Source: a virus
Lineage: Duplodnaviria > Caudoviricetes
Reading direction: 5' to 3' (one strand)
IMG/VR virus record: IMGVR_UViG_3300046482_000097
Span: 1 to 24,534 of that record
DNA: 24,534 nucleotides
Part shown: positions 15,914-24,142 of the stretch, piece after piece
How the letters are laid out: every line of letters begins with the position of its first letter
How positions within the stretch are numbered: position 1 is the first letter of the stretch
Made by a program: the position numbers and the translations under genes
The notes under the pieces: generated by a model
Told to the model about the DNA's origin: nothing
The model's input: only the letters and a program-made list of their open reading frames with translations
Databases searched by the model: none

Positions 15914-17334
15914 CGTTCAAGGCCTTCGTCGGTCGGGTCCGAGACTTCTTCTTCTACAAAGCCGCTCCGCAGAACCTGTCCTCGGTCAATAGCCAGGGCG
16001 GCTGGTGGCCGCTCATCCGGGAACCCTACGCCGGCGCCTGGCAGCAGAACGTCACGATCGACGTCACGACGGTGCTCTCGCATCCGGCGCTGTTCGCCTG
16101 CGCGACGCTGATCGCGTCCGACGTCGCGAAGATGCGGCTCAAGCTGGTGCAGCAGCGGATGCCGGGGCTCTGGGTCGAGGCCGAGAACGTCGCGTATGGG
16201 TCGGTGATCCGCAAGCCGAACCACTATCAAAACCGGATCCAGTTCTATGAGTCGTGGGTGCTCTCGAAGAATACCCGCGGGAACACCTACGTCCTGAAGT
16301 CGCGCGATAACCGCAGCGTCGTCGACGGAATGTATGTCCTCGACCCGCTCCGCTGCCGTCCGCTCGTCGCGCCAAACGGCGACGTCTTTTACGAACTGAA
16401 GACCGACAACCTGTCGGCGCCGGCACTCGAGCAGATCCCAACCCTCGAAGGCGCGCAGATCGTCGCGCCGGCGACCGAGGTGATCCACGACCGGATGAAC
16501 ACGCTGTTCCATCCGCTCGTCGGCATCGCACCGATCTACGCGTGCGGCCTGGCGGCGATGCAGGGGATCCGGATCCAGGAGAACTCGACCGTCTTCTTCT
16601 CGAGCGGCTCGAATCCCGGGGGCGTGCTGACGGCGCCTGGGTTCATCAACGACGACACGGCCAAGCGGCTGAAAAAGTACTGGGAGGAAAACTTCACCGG
16701 CGCCAACGTCGGGAAGGTCGCGATCCTCGGCGACGGGCTGAAGTTCGAAAAAATGTCGGTCAACGCCGTCGACTCGCAGCTGATCGAGCAGGACCAGTCG
16801 ACGTCGCTGAAGATCTGCACGGCCTACAAAGTCCCGCCGTACAAGATCGGGATCGGCCCGTATCCGAATACGAACTCCGTCGAGGCGCTCGATCAGCAGT
16901 ACTACTCCCAATGCCTGCAGATTTATCTCGAGGCGATCGAGATCTGCCTTGACGAAGGCCTCGGCATGGCGAAGGCCGGGGCGCCGCAGGAGTGGGGGAC
17001 GGAGTTCGATCTCGACGACCTGATGCGTATGGATACGGCGACGCTCGTCCGGACGGCGTCGGAGTCGCTGAAGGGCGGCATGTCGCCGAACGAGGCGCGG
17101 CGGAAGTTCTTCGGCCTCGGGCCCGTCACGGGCGGTGATTCGCCATACCTGCAGCAGCAGAACTTCTCGCTCGAGGCGCTCGCGAAACGCGACGCGCAGG
17201 ACGATCCGTTCGCGAGCAAGAGCAGCAGTACACCGGCACCGGCGCCGCAGTCGTCAGGGGCGAGCGACGACACCGCGGCACAGGAGCGCGACATGGTGGA
17301 GATGTTGAGGAAAGAACTCGGGCTCGCCGCATGA
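15910..17334 (+). CDS. Portal protein (HK97 family)
   Basis: VLSHPALFACATLIASDVAKM, KPNHYQ, GNTYV, EVIHDR, GIAPI, FF..G..PGGVL, G.VAIL.DGLKF, MSPNEAR. Confidence 0.96.
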   Translation: MTFKAFVGRVRDFFFYKAAPQNLSSVNSQGGWWPLIREPYAGAWQQNVTIDVTTVLSHPALFACATLIASDVAKMRLKLVQQRMPGLWVEAENVAYGSVIRKPNHYQNRIQFYESWVLSKNTRGNTYVLKSRDNRSVVDGMYVLDPLRCRPLVAPNGDVFYELKTDNLSAPALEQIPTLEGAQIVAPATEVIHDRMNTLFHPLVGIAPIYACGLAAMQGIRIQENSTVFFSSGSNPGGVLTAPGFINDDTAKRLKKYWEENFTGANVGKVAILGDGLKFEKMSVNAVDSQLIEQDQSTSLKICTAYKVPPYKIGIGPYPNTNSVEALDQQYYSQCLQIYLEAIEICLDEGLGMAKAGAPQEWGTEFDLDDLMRMDTATLVRTASESLKGGMSPNEARRKFFGLGPVTGGDSPYLQQQNFSLEALAKRDAQDDPFASKSSSTPAPAPQSSGASDDTAAQERDMVEMLRKELGLAA

Positions 17335-18104
17335 CGTCCGAGGATCGGGCCGCGGTGATCAGAGCGATCGCGCCAGTCATTCGGGAATATGTCGCCGCAG
17401 AGATCGCGATACGAGACACGAAGATCGCGATCCTGACGAACGCGATCTCGGAATTGAAGGCCGTCGCGCCGGTGCCGGGGCCGCCTGGGCCGCCGGGACC
17501 GCCCGGAGAACGAGGCGAGACGGGCGGCAAAGGCGATCCAGGGGTGCAAGGGGAAAGAGGCGATCAAGGGATCAAGGGCGACACCGGCGATCGAGGCGAC
17601 CGAGGCGAGAAAGGCGATCAAGGGATCGCCGGCCGAGACGGGTTGCCCGGCGTGACGGGGCCTGTCGGGGACAGAGGTCCGCAGGGTGATCGAGGTGAGC
17701 GAGGCGATCGGGGCGAGAAGGGCGACACCGGCGACCGCGGCGAAGACGGGCTCGGGTTCGATGACCTGGACGTCGTGTACGACGGCGAGCGAACGCTGAC
17801 GCACCGGTACATGAGGGGCGAGCGCGTGAAGGAAGTCACGGTCGTCTTCCCGGTGACGATTTACCGCGGCGTCTGGACGAATGAGACGCCGTACGAGCGC
17901 GGCGATCAGGTGAGCGACGGCGGGTCGACGTGGACGGCGCTCGCGGCGAGCAAGGGGATCAAGCCCGGACAACGGCTCGAGGCCTCGCGGTGTTGGCAGT
18001 TGTCCTCGCAGCGTGGCCGGCAGGGCGAGCGCGGCGCGAAGGGCGAGACGGGCGATCGCGGGCCGAAGGGCGACCAGGGCGAGCGAGGTCCGAAGGGGTA
18101 CTAA
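17331..18104 (+). CDS. Collagen-like head/neck-associated protein with a CBM5/12-like domain
   Basis: Helical N-terminus, 30 Gly-X-Y triplets, YRGVW.....YERGDQVSDGGSTWTAL....PG.....WQL domain, then 9 more Gly-X-Y triplets. Confidence 0.85.
   Translation: MTSEDRAAVIRAIAPVIREYVAAEIAIRDTKIAILTNAISELKAVAPVPGPPGPPGPPGERGETGGKGDPGVQGERGDQGIKGDTGDRGDRGEKGDQGIAGRDGLPGVTGPVGDRGPQGDRGERGDRGEKGDTGDRGEDGLGFDDLDVVYDGERTLTHRYMRGERVKEVTVVFPVTIYRGVWTNETPYERGDQVSDGGSTWTALAASKGIKPGQRLEASRCWQLSSQRGRQGERGAKGETGDRGPKGDQGERGPKGY
17478..17750 (+). repeat. Gly-X-Y collagen repeat (30 triplets)
   Basis: GPPGPPGPPGERGETG...GDTGDRGEDG, uninterrupted. Confidence 0.92.
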
Positions 18105-18449
18105 ATGGCGATCGTGTCACTCGACACCGCGATGGCGCATCTGCACCTGAACCTCGACGGGGACGGCTCGCCGAATCCCTACGAGTCGGACGTGCAGTTG
18201 AAGCTCCACCAGGCGACAGCGATCGTCCTCATGCACATCAAACGGCATGAGTATGCCGATTGGAGCGAGGACACGGATCCGGCGACGGATCCGGAATACG
18301 CGCTCGCGTCCGCGGCGATCTTGAAGGTGCTCGGGAACCTGTGGAAGTTCCGCGGCGACGATGCGCAGACGCCTGGCGCCGTCGAAGGTCCGCTGACGCC
18401 TGACATCGTGCTCCTGCTGTCCGGAATGCGGGATCCGACGATCGCATGA
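18105..18449 (+). CDS. Head-tail connector (HK97 gp6-like adaptor)
   Basis: IVSLDTAMAHLHL...D..L....A...V..HI...AAIL..LGNLWKFR...V..LL..MRDP. Confidence 0.85.
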   Translation: MAIVSLDTAMAHLHLNLDGDGSPNPYESDVQLKLHQATAIVLMHIKRHEYADWSEDTDPATDPEYALASAAILKVLGNLWKFRGDDAQTPGAVEGPLTPDIVLLLSGMRDPTIA

Positions 18450-19075
18450 AGGCGCCCATCGTTCCTCGAGCGGCGCGCGTCGAGCGAGACTGGCCGGGAT
18501 CGACGGTCGTGTGCATCGGCAGCGGTCCAAGCCTGACGCAGGCCGACGTCGACGCCGTCCGCGGACGCGCGAAGGTGATCGCGGTGAATGACGCGTACCG
18601 TCTCGCGCCGTGGGCAGACGCGCTCTATGCGTGCGACGCGAAGTGGTGGAGGTGGCACGATGGCGCGCAGGCCTTCGCCGGCGAAAAGTGGGCGATGCAG
18701 AGGCCGTCGGCGCGGTGGCCGGGCGTCAAGATCCTGCGGAACACCGGCGCGAACGGCCTCGAGACGAATCCGACCGGCCTCCGGACGGGGCGGAACAGCG
18801 GTTACCAGGCGATCAATCTGGCCGTGCACAAAGGGGCGCGGCGGATCATCCTGCTCGGCTACGACATGAGCGGCGGCCGGCAGCACTTCTTCGGCGAGCA
18901 TCCGGATCGCACCGGGGCGCCGTTTGCGTCCTGTCTGCGCGCGTTCGCGACGCTCGTCGAGCCATTGCAGGCGCGCGGGATCGAGATCGTCAACTGCACC
19001 CGGAAGACCGCGCTCGTCTGTTTCCCGTTGCTGCCGCTCGAGGAAGCGCTCCGCGTCGAGGTCGCGGCCGCGTGA
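18446..19075 (+). CDS. Maf/DUF115 (MptE-like, sialyltransferase-fold) putative transferase
   Basis: VVCIGSGPSL, VIAVNDA, DALYACD, NSGYQAINLA...GARRIILLGYDM, IEIVNCT. Confidence 0.75.
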   Translation: MKAPIVPRAARVERDWPGSTVVCIGSGPSLTQADVDAVRGRAKVIAVNDAYRLAPWADALYACDAKWWRWHDGAQAFAGEKWAMQRPSARWPGVKILRNTGANGLETNPTGLRTGRNSGYQAINLAVHKGARRIILLGYDMSGGRQHFFGEHPDRTGAPFASCLRAFATLVEPLQARGIEIVNCTRKTALVCFPLLPLEEALRVEVAAA

Positions 19076-20142
19076 GGTTCATCACGCCGTCGAAGGTGTT
19101 CTCGCATCTCGACCGGATGGCGGCCTGGCAGCACGGCCAGAAGGCGGCGCCGGTGACCGTCGAGTGGGATCTCTCGAATCGGTGCGTCCTCGGCTGCCAG
19201 TCCTGTCACTTCGCCCATACCCATACGCGCGGGCCCTGGGTGATGCGCGATCGCCGTCTCCCGATGGCGTTCGAGGACGTCGGCGACTACGCGGACACGA
19301 CGCTCGTCCGTCGCGCGCTCGAGCAGATGGCCGCGGCCGGCGTCAGGGGCGTCGTGTGGACCGGCGGCGGCGAGCCGACCACACATAGCCAGTGGCCGGA
19401 GATCGTGCAACACGCGGCGAGCCTGGGCCTCGAGCAAGGCATGTACACGCTCGGCGGTCTCTTGCGTCCGGAGTCGGCGCGCACACTCGCCGAGGCGGCG
19501 ACCTGGGTCGTGGTCTCCCTCGACTGTGCCGATCCGGTCACCTATCACCACGAGAAAGGCGTCCCGACGGATCGCTTCTGGCGAGCGGTCGACGGGATCC
19601 GGTGGCTCGCCGAGCCGAAGCTGACGACGGTCGGCGTGTCGTTCCTGCTGCACGCGGGCAACTGGCGCAAGGCCGAGACGATGGTCTATCTGGCGCGGCA
19701 GCTCGGCGCGACGTATACGACGCTCCGGCCGACGATCGAGACCTCCCCCGACGCGCCGGCGACGTGCACCGGCGACCGGTCGTGGATCGCCGAGGCCTTC
19801 GAGACGCTCGTCGCGATCGCCAAAGAACCAGACGTCGAGTGCGACGTCGAGCGGTTCATGGAGTATCTGGACTGGAACGGCCGGACGTATTCGACCTGCT
19901 ACGGCGTGCGGTTCAACGCGACGATCACGCCGGACGGCCGCGTCTGGCTGTGTCCGCAACGGCGCGGCATCCCGGACTCGCTGCTCGGCGATCTGCGGAC
20001 GGAGTCGTTCGCCGACATCTGGGCGCGGCATCCCGGGCAGCGGACGGACCTCTCCGACTGCCGCGTGATGTGTCGCCTGCACCTGATGAATCAGCAGTTG
20101 TCGCAGGTCTACGCGCCGCGCGCACACGAGGCCTTCGTGTGA
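19072..20142 (+). CDS. Radical SAM enzyme with a SPASM/twitch domain
   Basis: Start re-called to GTG 19072 (GTGA overlap). CVLGCQSC (CxxxCxxC), WTGGGEP, VVSLD, C....ITPDGRVWLC...LGDLRTESFADIW...CRVMC. Confidence 0.92.
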   Translation: MRFITPSKVFSHLDRMAAWQHGQKAAPVTVEWDLSNRCVLGCQSCHFAHTHTRGPWVMRDRRLPMAFEDVGDYADTTLVRRALEQMAAAGVRGVVWTGGGEPTTHSQWPEIVQHAASLGLEQGMYTLGGLLRPESARTLAEAATWVVVSLDCADPVTYHHEKGVPTDRFWRAVDGIRWLAEPKLTTVGVSFLLHAGNWRKAETMVYLARQLGATYTTLRPTIETSPDAPATCTGDRSWIAEAFETLVAIAKEPDVECDVERFMEYLDWNGRTYSTCYGVRFNATITPDGRVWLCPQRRGIPDSLLGDLRTESFADIWARHPGQRTDLSDCRVMCRLHLMNQQLSQVYAPRAHEAFV

Positions 20143-20819
20143 GGGCGATCATCGTGTCGGTCAACTACGCCGATTTCCTGGCGGTGACGCTGCCGGCGTG
20201 GAAGGCGATCCTGCCTCCGGGGACGCTGTCGGTCGCCACGGCGCCTGGCGATCCCTCGATCGAGCTCGCGGTCGCGCACGGGGTGACGCCCATCGTCACC
20301 GACGCGTGGACGCGGCTCGACGAGACGTGTCACGTCGGCGGGACTCCGACCTTCAACGCGGCGTACGGGATGGATGTCTGTCTCGGGTTGGTGGATGAAC
20401 TGATCGACCCGCCCGAATACGGGGAAGTCGTCGTGAACATCAATGTCGACTGCTACCCGGTCGGCGCGTGGCCGCAGGACAAGCACATTCTCCCGACGAT
20501 CCTGTACGGGGCGTGGCGGTATCACTGCCTGACGGCGAAGGACTTCACCACATTCCAGGCGGACGGCTCGCTCGATCGGTTTCCGCGGATGAAGAACTCG
20601 GGCGGGCGGCCGGTCGGCTACTTCAACGCCTGGCGCTGGGTGAAAGGTCGCCGGTTCGGCTCCTATCCGACCGCCGGCAAGTACGACACGAACTTCATCG
20701 AGCTCTATTACCGCAAGCGGTGGGACTACTTCGAGGGGCTGTCGCTGCTGCATCTCGGTCCGCAGGCCGGATGGGAGAACTGGCGCGGCCGCTCGGTGCC
20801 AGCGTGGGGGGCCGCGTGA
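20139..20819 (+). CDS. GT-A (GT2-like) glycosyltransferase with an atypical DxD
   Basis: GTG 20139 (GTGA overlap). RAIIVSVNYADFLAVTLP, FNAAYGMD, VVVNINVDC at the DxD position, VGYFN, AGKYDTNF, LLHLG. Confidence 0.65.
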   Translation: MRAIIVSVNYADFLAVTLPAWKAILPPGTLSVATAPGDPSIELAVAHGVTPIVTDAWTRLDETCHVGGTPTFNAAYGMDVCLGLVDELIDPPEYGEVVVNINVDCYPVGAWPQDKHILPTILYGAWRYHCLTAKDFTTFQADGSLDRFPRMKNSGGRPVGYFNAWRWVKGRRFGSYPTAGKYDTNFIELYYRKRWDYFEGLSLLHLGPQAGWENWRGRSVPAWGAA

Positions 20820-21538
20820 AGGCGTCAGCGTATCCACACGTCCTCGGCGAGCTCGAGACGCTGCAGGCGATCTGTGCGGGTCAGTCGATCGCGCGCTACG
20901 GCGACGGCGAGTTCGCGATGGCGGCCGGCTATGCGATGAAGACGCAGACGCACGATCCGGCGCTGAGTACGCGTCTGCGGCAGATCCTCTTCGACTCTGG
21001 CGACTGCCTCGTCGGCGTGCCGAACATTCACCCGAGCATCGAGACGCCGAAGCGGACCGGATGGAACAAGCATCTCGAGCGCGGCTGCCGACTCCTGCGG
21101 CCGGGGCGTGCGTACGCGAGCTCGTTCATCACGCGGCCGGACTCGGCGCCGTGGATCAACACGCCAGACTATTGGGCGCTGCTCGAGACGCTCTGGGTCG
21201 GGCGGGACATCGTCCTCGTCCGCGGCAGTGATAAGTCGCTCCGGCCGACGGACCTCGTCGGCGCGACACGTATCCGAGAGGTGATCGGGCCTGAACAGCA
21301 CGCGTGGACGGAGTACCCGCGGCTGATGGACGAGATCGGCGTCCCGACGGCGCGCGTCCTGATCTGCCTTGGTGCGACGGCGACCGTGATCGCGAACGAT
21401 CTGTGCGCGAAGGGCGTGCACGCGGTCGACCTCGGGCACATCGGCGGGTTCCTCCGCAAGCATCGTCGCGGCGAGCCGATGTGGCTCCCGAAGGACATTC
21501 GGCAGCCGGACGGCTTTACGAAGGTGGCGACGGCATGA
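20816..21538 (+). CDS. GT-D fold (DUF1792) glycosyltransferase
   Basis: GTG 20816. ETL......SIARYGDGEF, Q..DP.L..RL..IL, Y.SSFITRP, LW.GRDIVLV.G, P...AW.EY, VLICLGATATVIA.DL...G..AVDLGH. Confidence 0.85.
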   Translation: MKASAYPHVLGELETLQAICAGQSIARYGDGEFAMAAGYAMKTQTHDPALSTRLRQILFDSGDCLVGVPNIHPSIETPKRTGWNKHLERGCRLLRPGRAYASSFITRPDSAPWINTPDYWALLETLWVGRDIVLVRGSDKSLRPTDLVGATRIREVIGPEQHAWTEYPRLMDEIGVPTARVLICLGATATVIANDLCAKGVHAVDLGHIGGFLRKHRRGEPMWLPKDIRQPDGFTKVATA

Positions 21539-22083
21539 CGGCCGAGGCCTTCGCCGTGCGTGCGCACACGATCCCCTACGTCCGGAAGGGCGTCTGGTAT
21601 TCCGAGATCTATCTCTTCCTGTCGTGCTGTCTCAATGCCGGGGTGACGCTGGTCGTGGAGTCGGGCGTCAAGTACGGCATGTCGACGCGCCTGCTCGCCG
21701 CGACGTTCGGCGGGCCGGTGATCTCGATCGACCGGGACTTCGAGATCGAGGCGCCGGAGCGCGTGCACTTCATCGCCGGCGACGTCCAAGAGATCCTGCC
21801 GCGGGTGCTCGCCGAAGCCCGGCGTCAGACGATCGGGTTGCTGATCGATGGACCGAAGGACGCGATCGCGATCGCGCTGAAGGACGCAGCCTTCATGTAT
21901 CCGCACGTCGCCGTCGTCGGCGTGCACGATCTCGACGCCTCGTGTGGCGCGGACTTTCATAGCCACGCCGAAGGGTTCCGGGCGACCTATGGGCGGGCGC
22001 TCGACCTCCCAGTGATCGAACCGTACGCGAGCAAGTATCCGGACGGGCCCGGGATCGGCGTCTGGGTGCGGAGGGCGGCATGA
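21535..22083 (+). CDS. Class I SAM-dependent methyltransferase (Methyltransf_24-like)
   Basis: ATG 21535 (ATGA overlap). LVVESGVKYGMST motif I, VISID, FIAGD, LLIDG, VGVHD. Confidence 0.8.
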   Translation: MTAEAFAVRAHTIPYVRKGVWYSEIYLFLSCCLNAGVTLVVESGVKYGMSTRLLAATFGGPVISIDRDFEIEAPERVHFIAGDVQEILPRVLAEARRQTIGLLIDGPKDAIAIALKDAAFMYPHVAVVGVHDLDASCGADFHSHAEGFRATYGRALDLPVIEPYASKYPDGPGIGVWVRRAA

Positions 22084-22823
22084 GGGAGCTCACGCTGATC
22101 CTGCCGTACTACAGGAATGCCGGGATGCTGCTCGAGCACTTTCGGACCTGGCGCGCGTATCCGTGCGATCTCAAATCGCGGTTCCACGCGATCGTCGTCG
22201 ACGACGGATCGCCGGAGCACGTCGCGAAGAAGTGCATCGAGCCGACCGGGATCGCCTCGTTCCGCCTGTATCGGATCGAGGTCGACGTCCGGTGGAACTG
22301 GCTCGCCTGTCGGAACCTCGGGGTCGACCAGGCGCGCACGTCATGGGTCCTGCTCACCGACATCGATCACCTGCTGCCGGAAGGGACGCTGCGACGCCTG
22401 GTCTACGGCGAGCTCGACCCGGCGACGGTCTACCGGTTCTCGCGAGTCGACGCGCCATACGCGACGCCGTACAAACCGCATCCGAATTCGTGGCTGCTGA
22501 CACGCGGCATGTTCGACGCGATCGGCGGCTACGACGAGCGGTTCTCGGGCTACTACGGGACCGACGGCGAATTCCGCGATCGCGTGCAGGCGACGGCGCG
22601 CGTCGAGATGCTGCCGGAGCCGCTGATCCGTGTGCCGCGCGACGTGATCGCGGACGCGTCGACGACGACCTACGGCCGGAAGGAACAAGGCGACAAGGTC
22701 AACGTCGCGAAGATCCGCGCCGAGCGCGGGGCGCTCAAAGAGTGGCGGCCGCTCCGGCTGACGTTCCCGTGGTCGCATCAGGTGACGGTCCTCCCGCCGG
22801 TCGAGGTGCCGCAGGCGTGCTGA
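22080..22823 (+). CDS. Family 2-like glycosyltransferase with a GT7 C-terminal-like motif
   Basis: LTLILPYY, IVVDDGS, RNLGV..A...WVLLTDIDH (DxD), FDAIGGYDERFSGYYGTDGEF. Confidence 0.9.
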   Translation: MRELTLILPYYRNAGMLLEHFRTWRAYPCDLKSRFHAIVVDDGSPEHVAKKCIEPTGIASFRLYRIEVDVRWNWLACRNLGVDQARTSWVLLTDIDHLLPEGTLRRLVYGELDPATVYRFSRVDAPYATPYKPHPNSWLLTRGMFDAIGGYDERFSGYYGTDGEFRDRVQATARVEMLPEPLIRVPRDVIADASTTTYGRKEQGDKVNVAKIRAERGALKEWRPLRLTFPWSHQVTVLPPVEVPQAC

Positions 22824-23557
22824 CGGTCGTCTGCTGGAAATGGGCGCCGCGGACGGGCTACCGCTCGACGTTCGGGCCGGAGACGGTGAACGTCCTGCGC
22901 GCGATGGTGCGTCGCCACTACTCGCACCCGCACCGGTTCGTGTGCGTCACCGACGACGCCGTCGGCATCGATCCCGACATCGAGATCCTGCCAGCGTGGA
23001 ACGACTTCGCGACGGTGCCCAGTCCGCACGGCGGGAAGCACCCGAGCTGCTACCGGCGCCTCCGTCTGTTTCATCCGGACGCGGCGCAGTGGTTCGGCGA
23101 TCGGGTCGTGTCGCTCGACCTCGACCTCGTGATCTGCCGAGACCTGTCCCCGCTCTGGAATCGGACGGAAGACGTCGTCTTCTGGGGCGACACGAATCCG
23201 CAGCCGGGCAGCCACTACAACGGCTCGATGATGCTGCTCACGACCGGCAGCCGTCCGCAGGTGTGGACCGACTTCGATCCGGCGTCGTCGCCGCGGCGGT
23301 CGCTCCTGGCAAAGTGTTGGGGATCGGATCAGGGCTGGATCTCCTATCGCCTCGGGAGGGGCGAGGCGAAGTGGACGCGCGAAGACGGCGTCTATAGCTT
23401 CCGAAACTGGATCCAGAAACGGCGGAACGTGCTGCCGTCGAATGCGCGCGTCGTCGTGTTTCACGGCGCGATCGATCCGTGGTCGTCGCAGGCGCAGGCG
23501 CTGCCGTGGGTGCGGGCACATTGGAGGCGGGATGCCTACCTGGAACACGCCGTATAA
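22817..23557 (+). CDS. GT-A glycosyltransferase (GT8-like motifs)
   Basis: GTG 22817 after GAGGTG. TVVCWKW, RFVCVTDD, RLRLF, VSLDLDLVI (DxD), YNGSMM, GSDQGWI, VVVFHG..DPW. Confidence 0.85.
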   Translation: MLTVVCWKWAPRTGYRSTFGPETVNVLRAMVRRHYSHPHRFVCVTDDAVGIDPDIEILPAWNDFATVPSPHGGKHPSCYRRLRLFHPDAAQWFGDRVVSLDLDLVICRDLSPLWNRTEDVVFWGDTNPQPGSHYNGSMMLLTTGSRPQVWTDFDPASSPRRSLLAKCWGSDQGWISYRLGRGEAKWTREDGVYSFRNWIQKRRNVLPSNARVVVFHGAIDPWSSQAQALPWVRAHWRRDAYLEHAV

Positions 23558-23909
23558 CCCGAAGGCGGCGGGATCCGGGCGGCGCGATCGTCCGGTGCTC
23601 GTGCAGTTTGTCACCGACGCGACGGAGGACTCCGGATTCCCGACGGAAGCCTGGGAGACGTTGATCGACATCTACTGGTGCTCGAAGCAAGACATCAGCG
23701 GGTACATCAAAGTAGAAGCCGGGCAAGCGTCGGCGCCGTTCCAGACACGCTTCGAGGGGCACTACCGGACGGACATGGATCCGGAGCGGATCAACATCGT
23801 GAAGGAACGGCGCTTCGTCTTCGCCGGCCGGACCTACGACATCATCGCCGCGTCGCTGATCGGCATGCATCACGGCGTGGAATATCTGACGATCGGGAGA
23901 ATGGGGTGA
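23532..23909 (+). CDS. Head closure protein (SPP1 gp16/HK97 gp7-like)
   Basis: ATG 23532 after GGAGG. G.RDRPV.VQ......DSG.P.E.W, RFVFAGRTYDI; position before the gp10-like gene. Confidence 0.8.
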   Translation: MPTWNTPYNPKAAGSGRRDRPVLVQFVTDATEDSGFPTEAWETLIDIYWCSKQDISGYIKVEAGQASAPFQTRFEGHYRTDMDPERINIVKERRFVFAGRTYDIIAASLIGMHHGVEYLTIGRMG

Positions 23910-24142
23910 TCACGGTCGAGCGCTGTGACAAGTCAACGATCAAAAAGATCGCGGAGGGCCTCGAGAAGGCGGCCCTCGGGAAAACGGTCTCGTTCGTGTT
24001 CGAGGAAGGGATGCACCGGATCGAGGACCAGGGGCAGGTCTACGAGCAACCGAACGGGACGGCGACGTTCCGACTGTTCATCAATGGCGGCGCGAAGGAT
24101 TCAGGGAACGAGGTCGAGGCGGATGGTCACAGTTCGGTTTGA
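23906..24142 (+). CDS. Small hypothetical protein
   Basis: GTG 23906 (GTGA overlap); 78 aa VITVERCDKSTIKKIAEGLEK...; overlaps the next start by 20 bp. Confidence 0.55.
   Translation: MITVERCDKSTIKKIAEGLEKAALGKTVSFVFEEGMHRIEDQGQVYEQPNGTATFRLFINGGAKDSGNEVEADGHSSV

Noticed and set aside
17478-17910. Several RGD tripeptides suggesting integrin binding
   Set aside because: Expected by-product of charged Gly-X-Y repeats; no evidence for a eukaryotic target.
18610-22816. Long N-terminal extensions of the island ORFs as given in the ORF track (18610, 19392, 20468, 21304, 22163)
   Set aside because: The extensions overlap upstream genes out of frame; recognisable domains begin at the overlap starts 19072, 20139, 20816, 21535 and 22817.
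18446-23557. DNA hypermodification or Gtr-type serotype conversion cluster
   Set aside because: No base hydroxymethylase, TET/JBP or nucleotide kinase, and no flippase or membrane transferase in the window; coupling to structural genes fits better with virion modification. Not strictly excluded.
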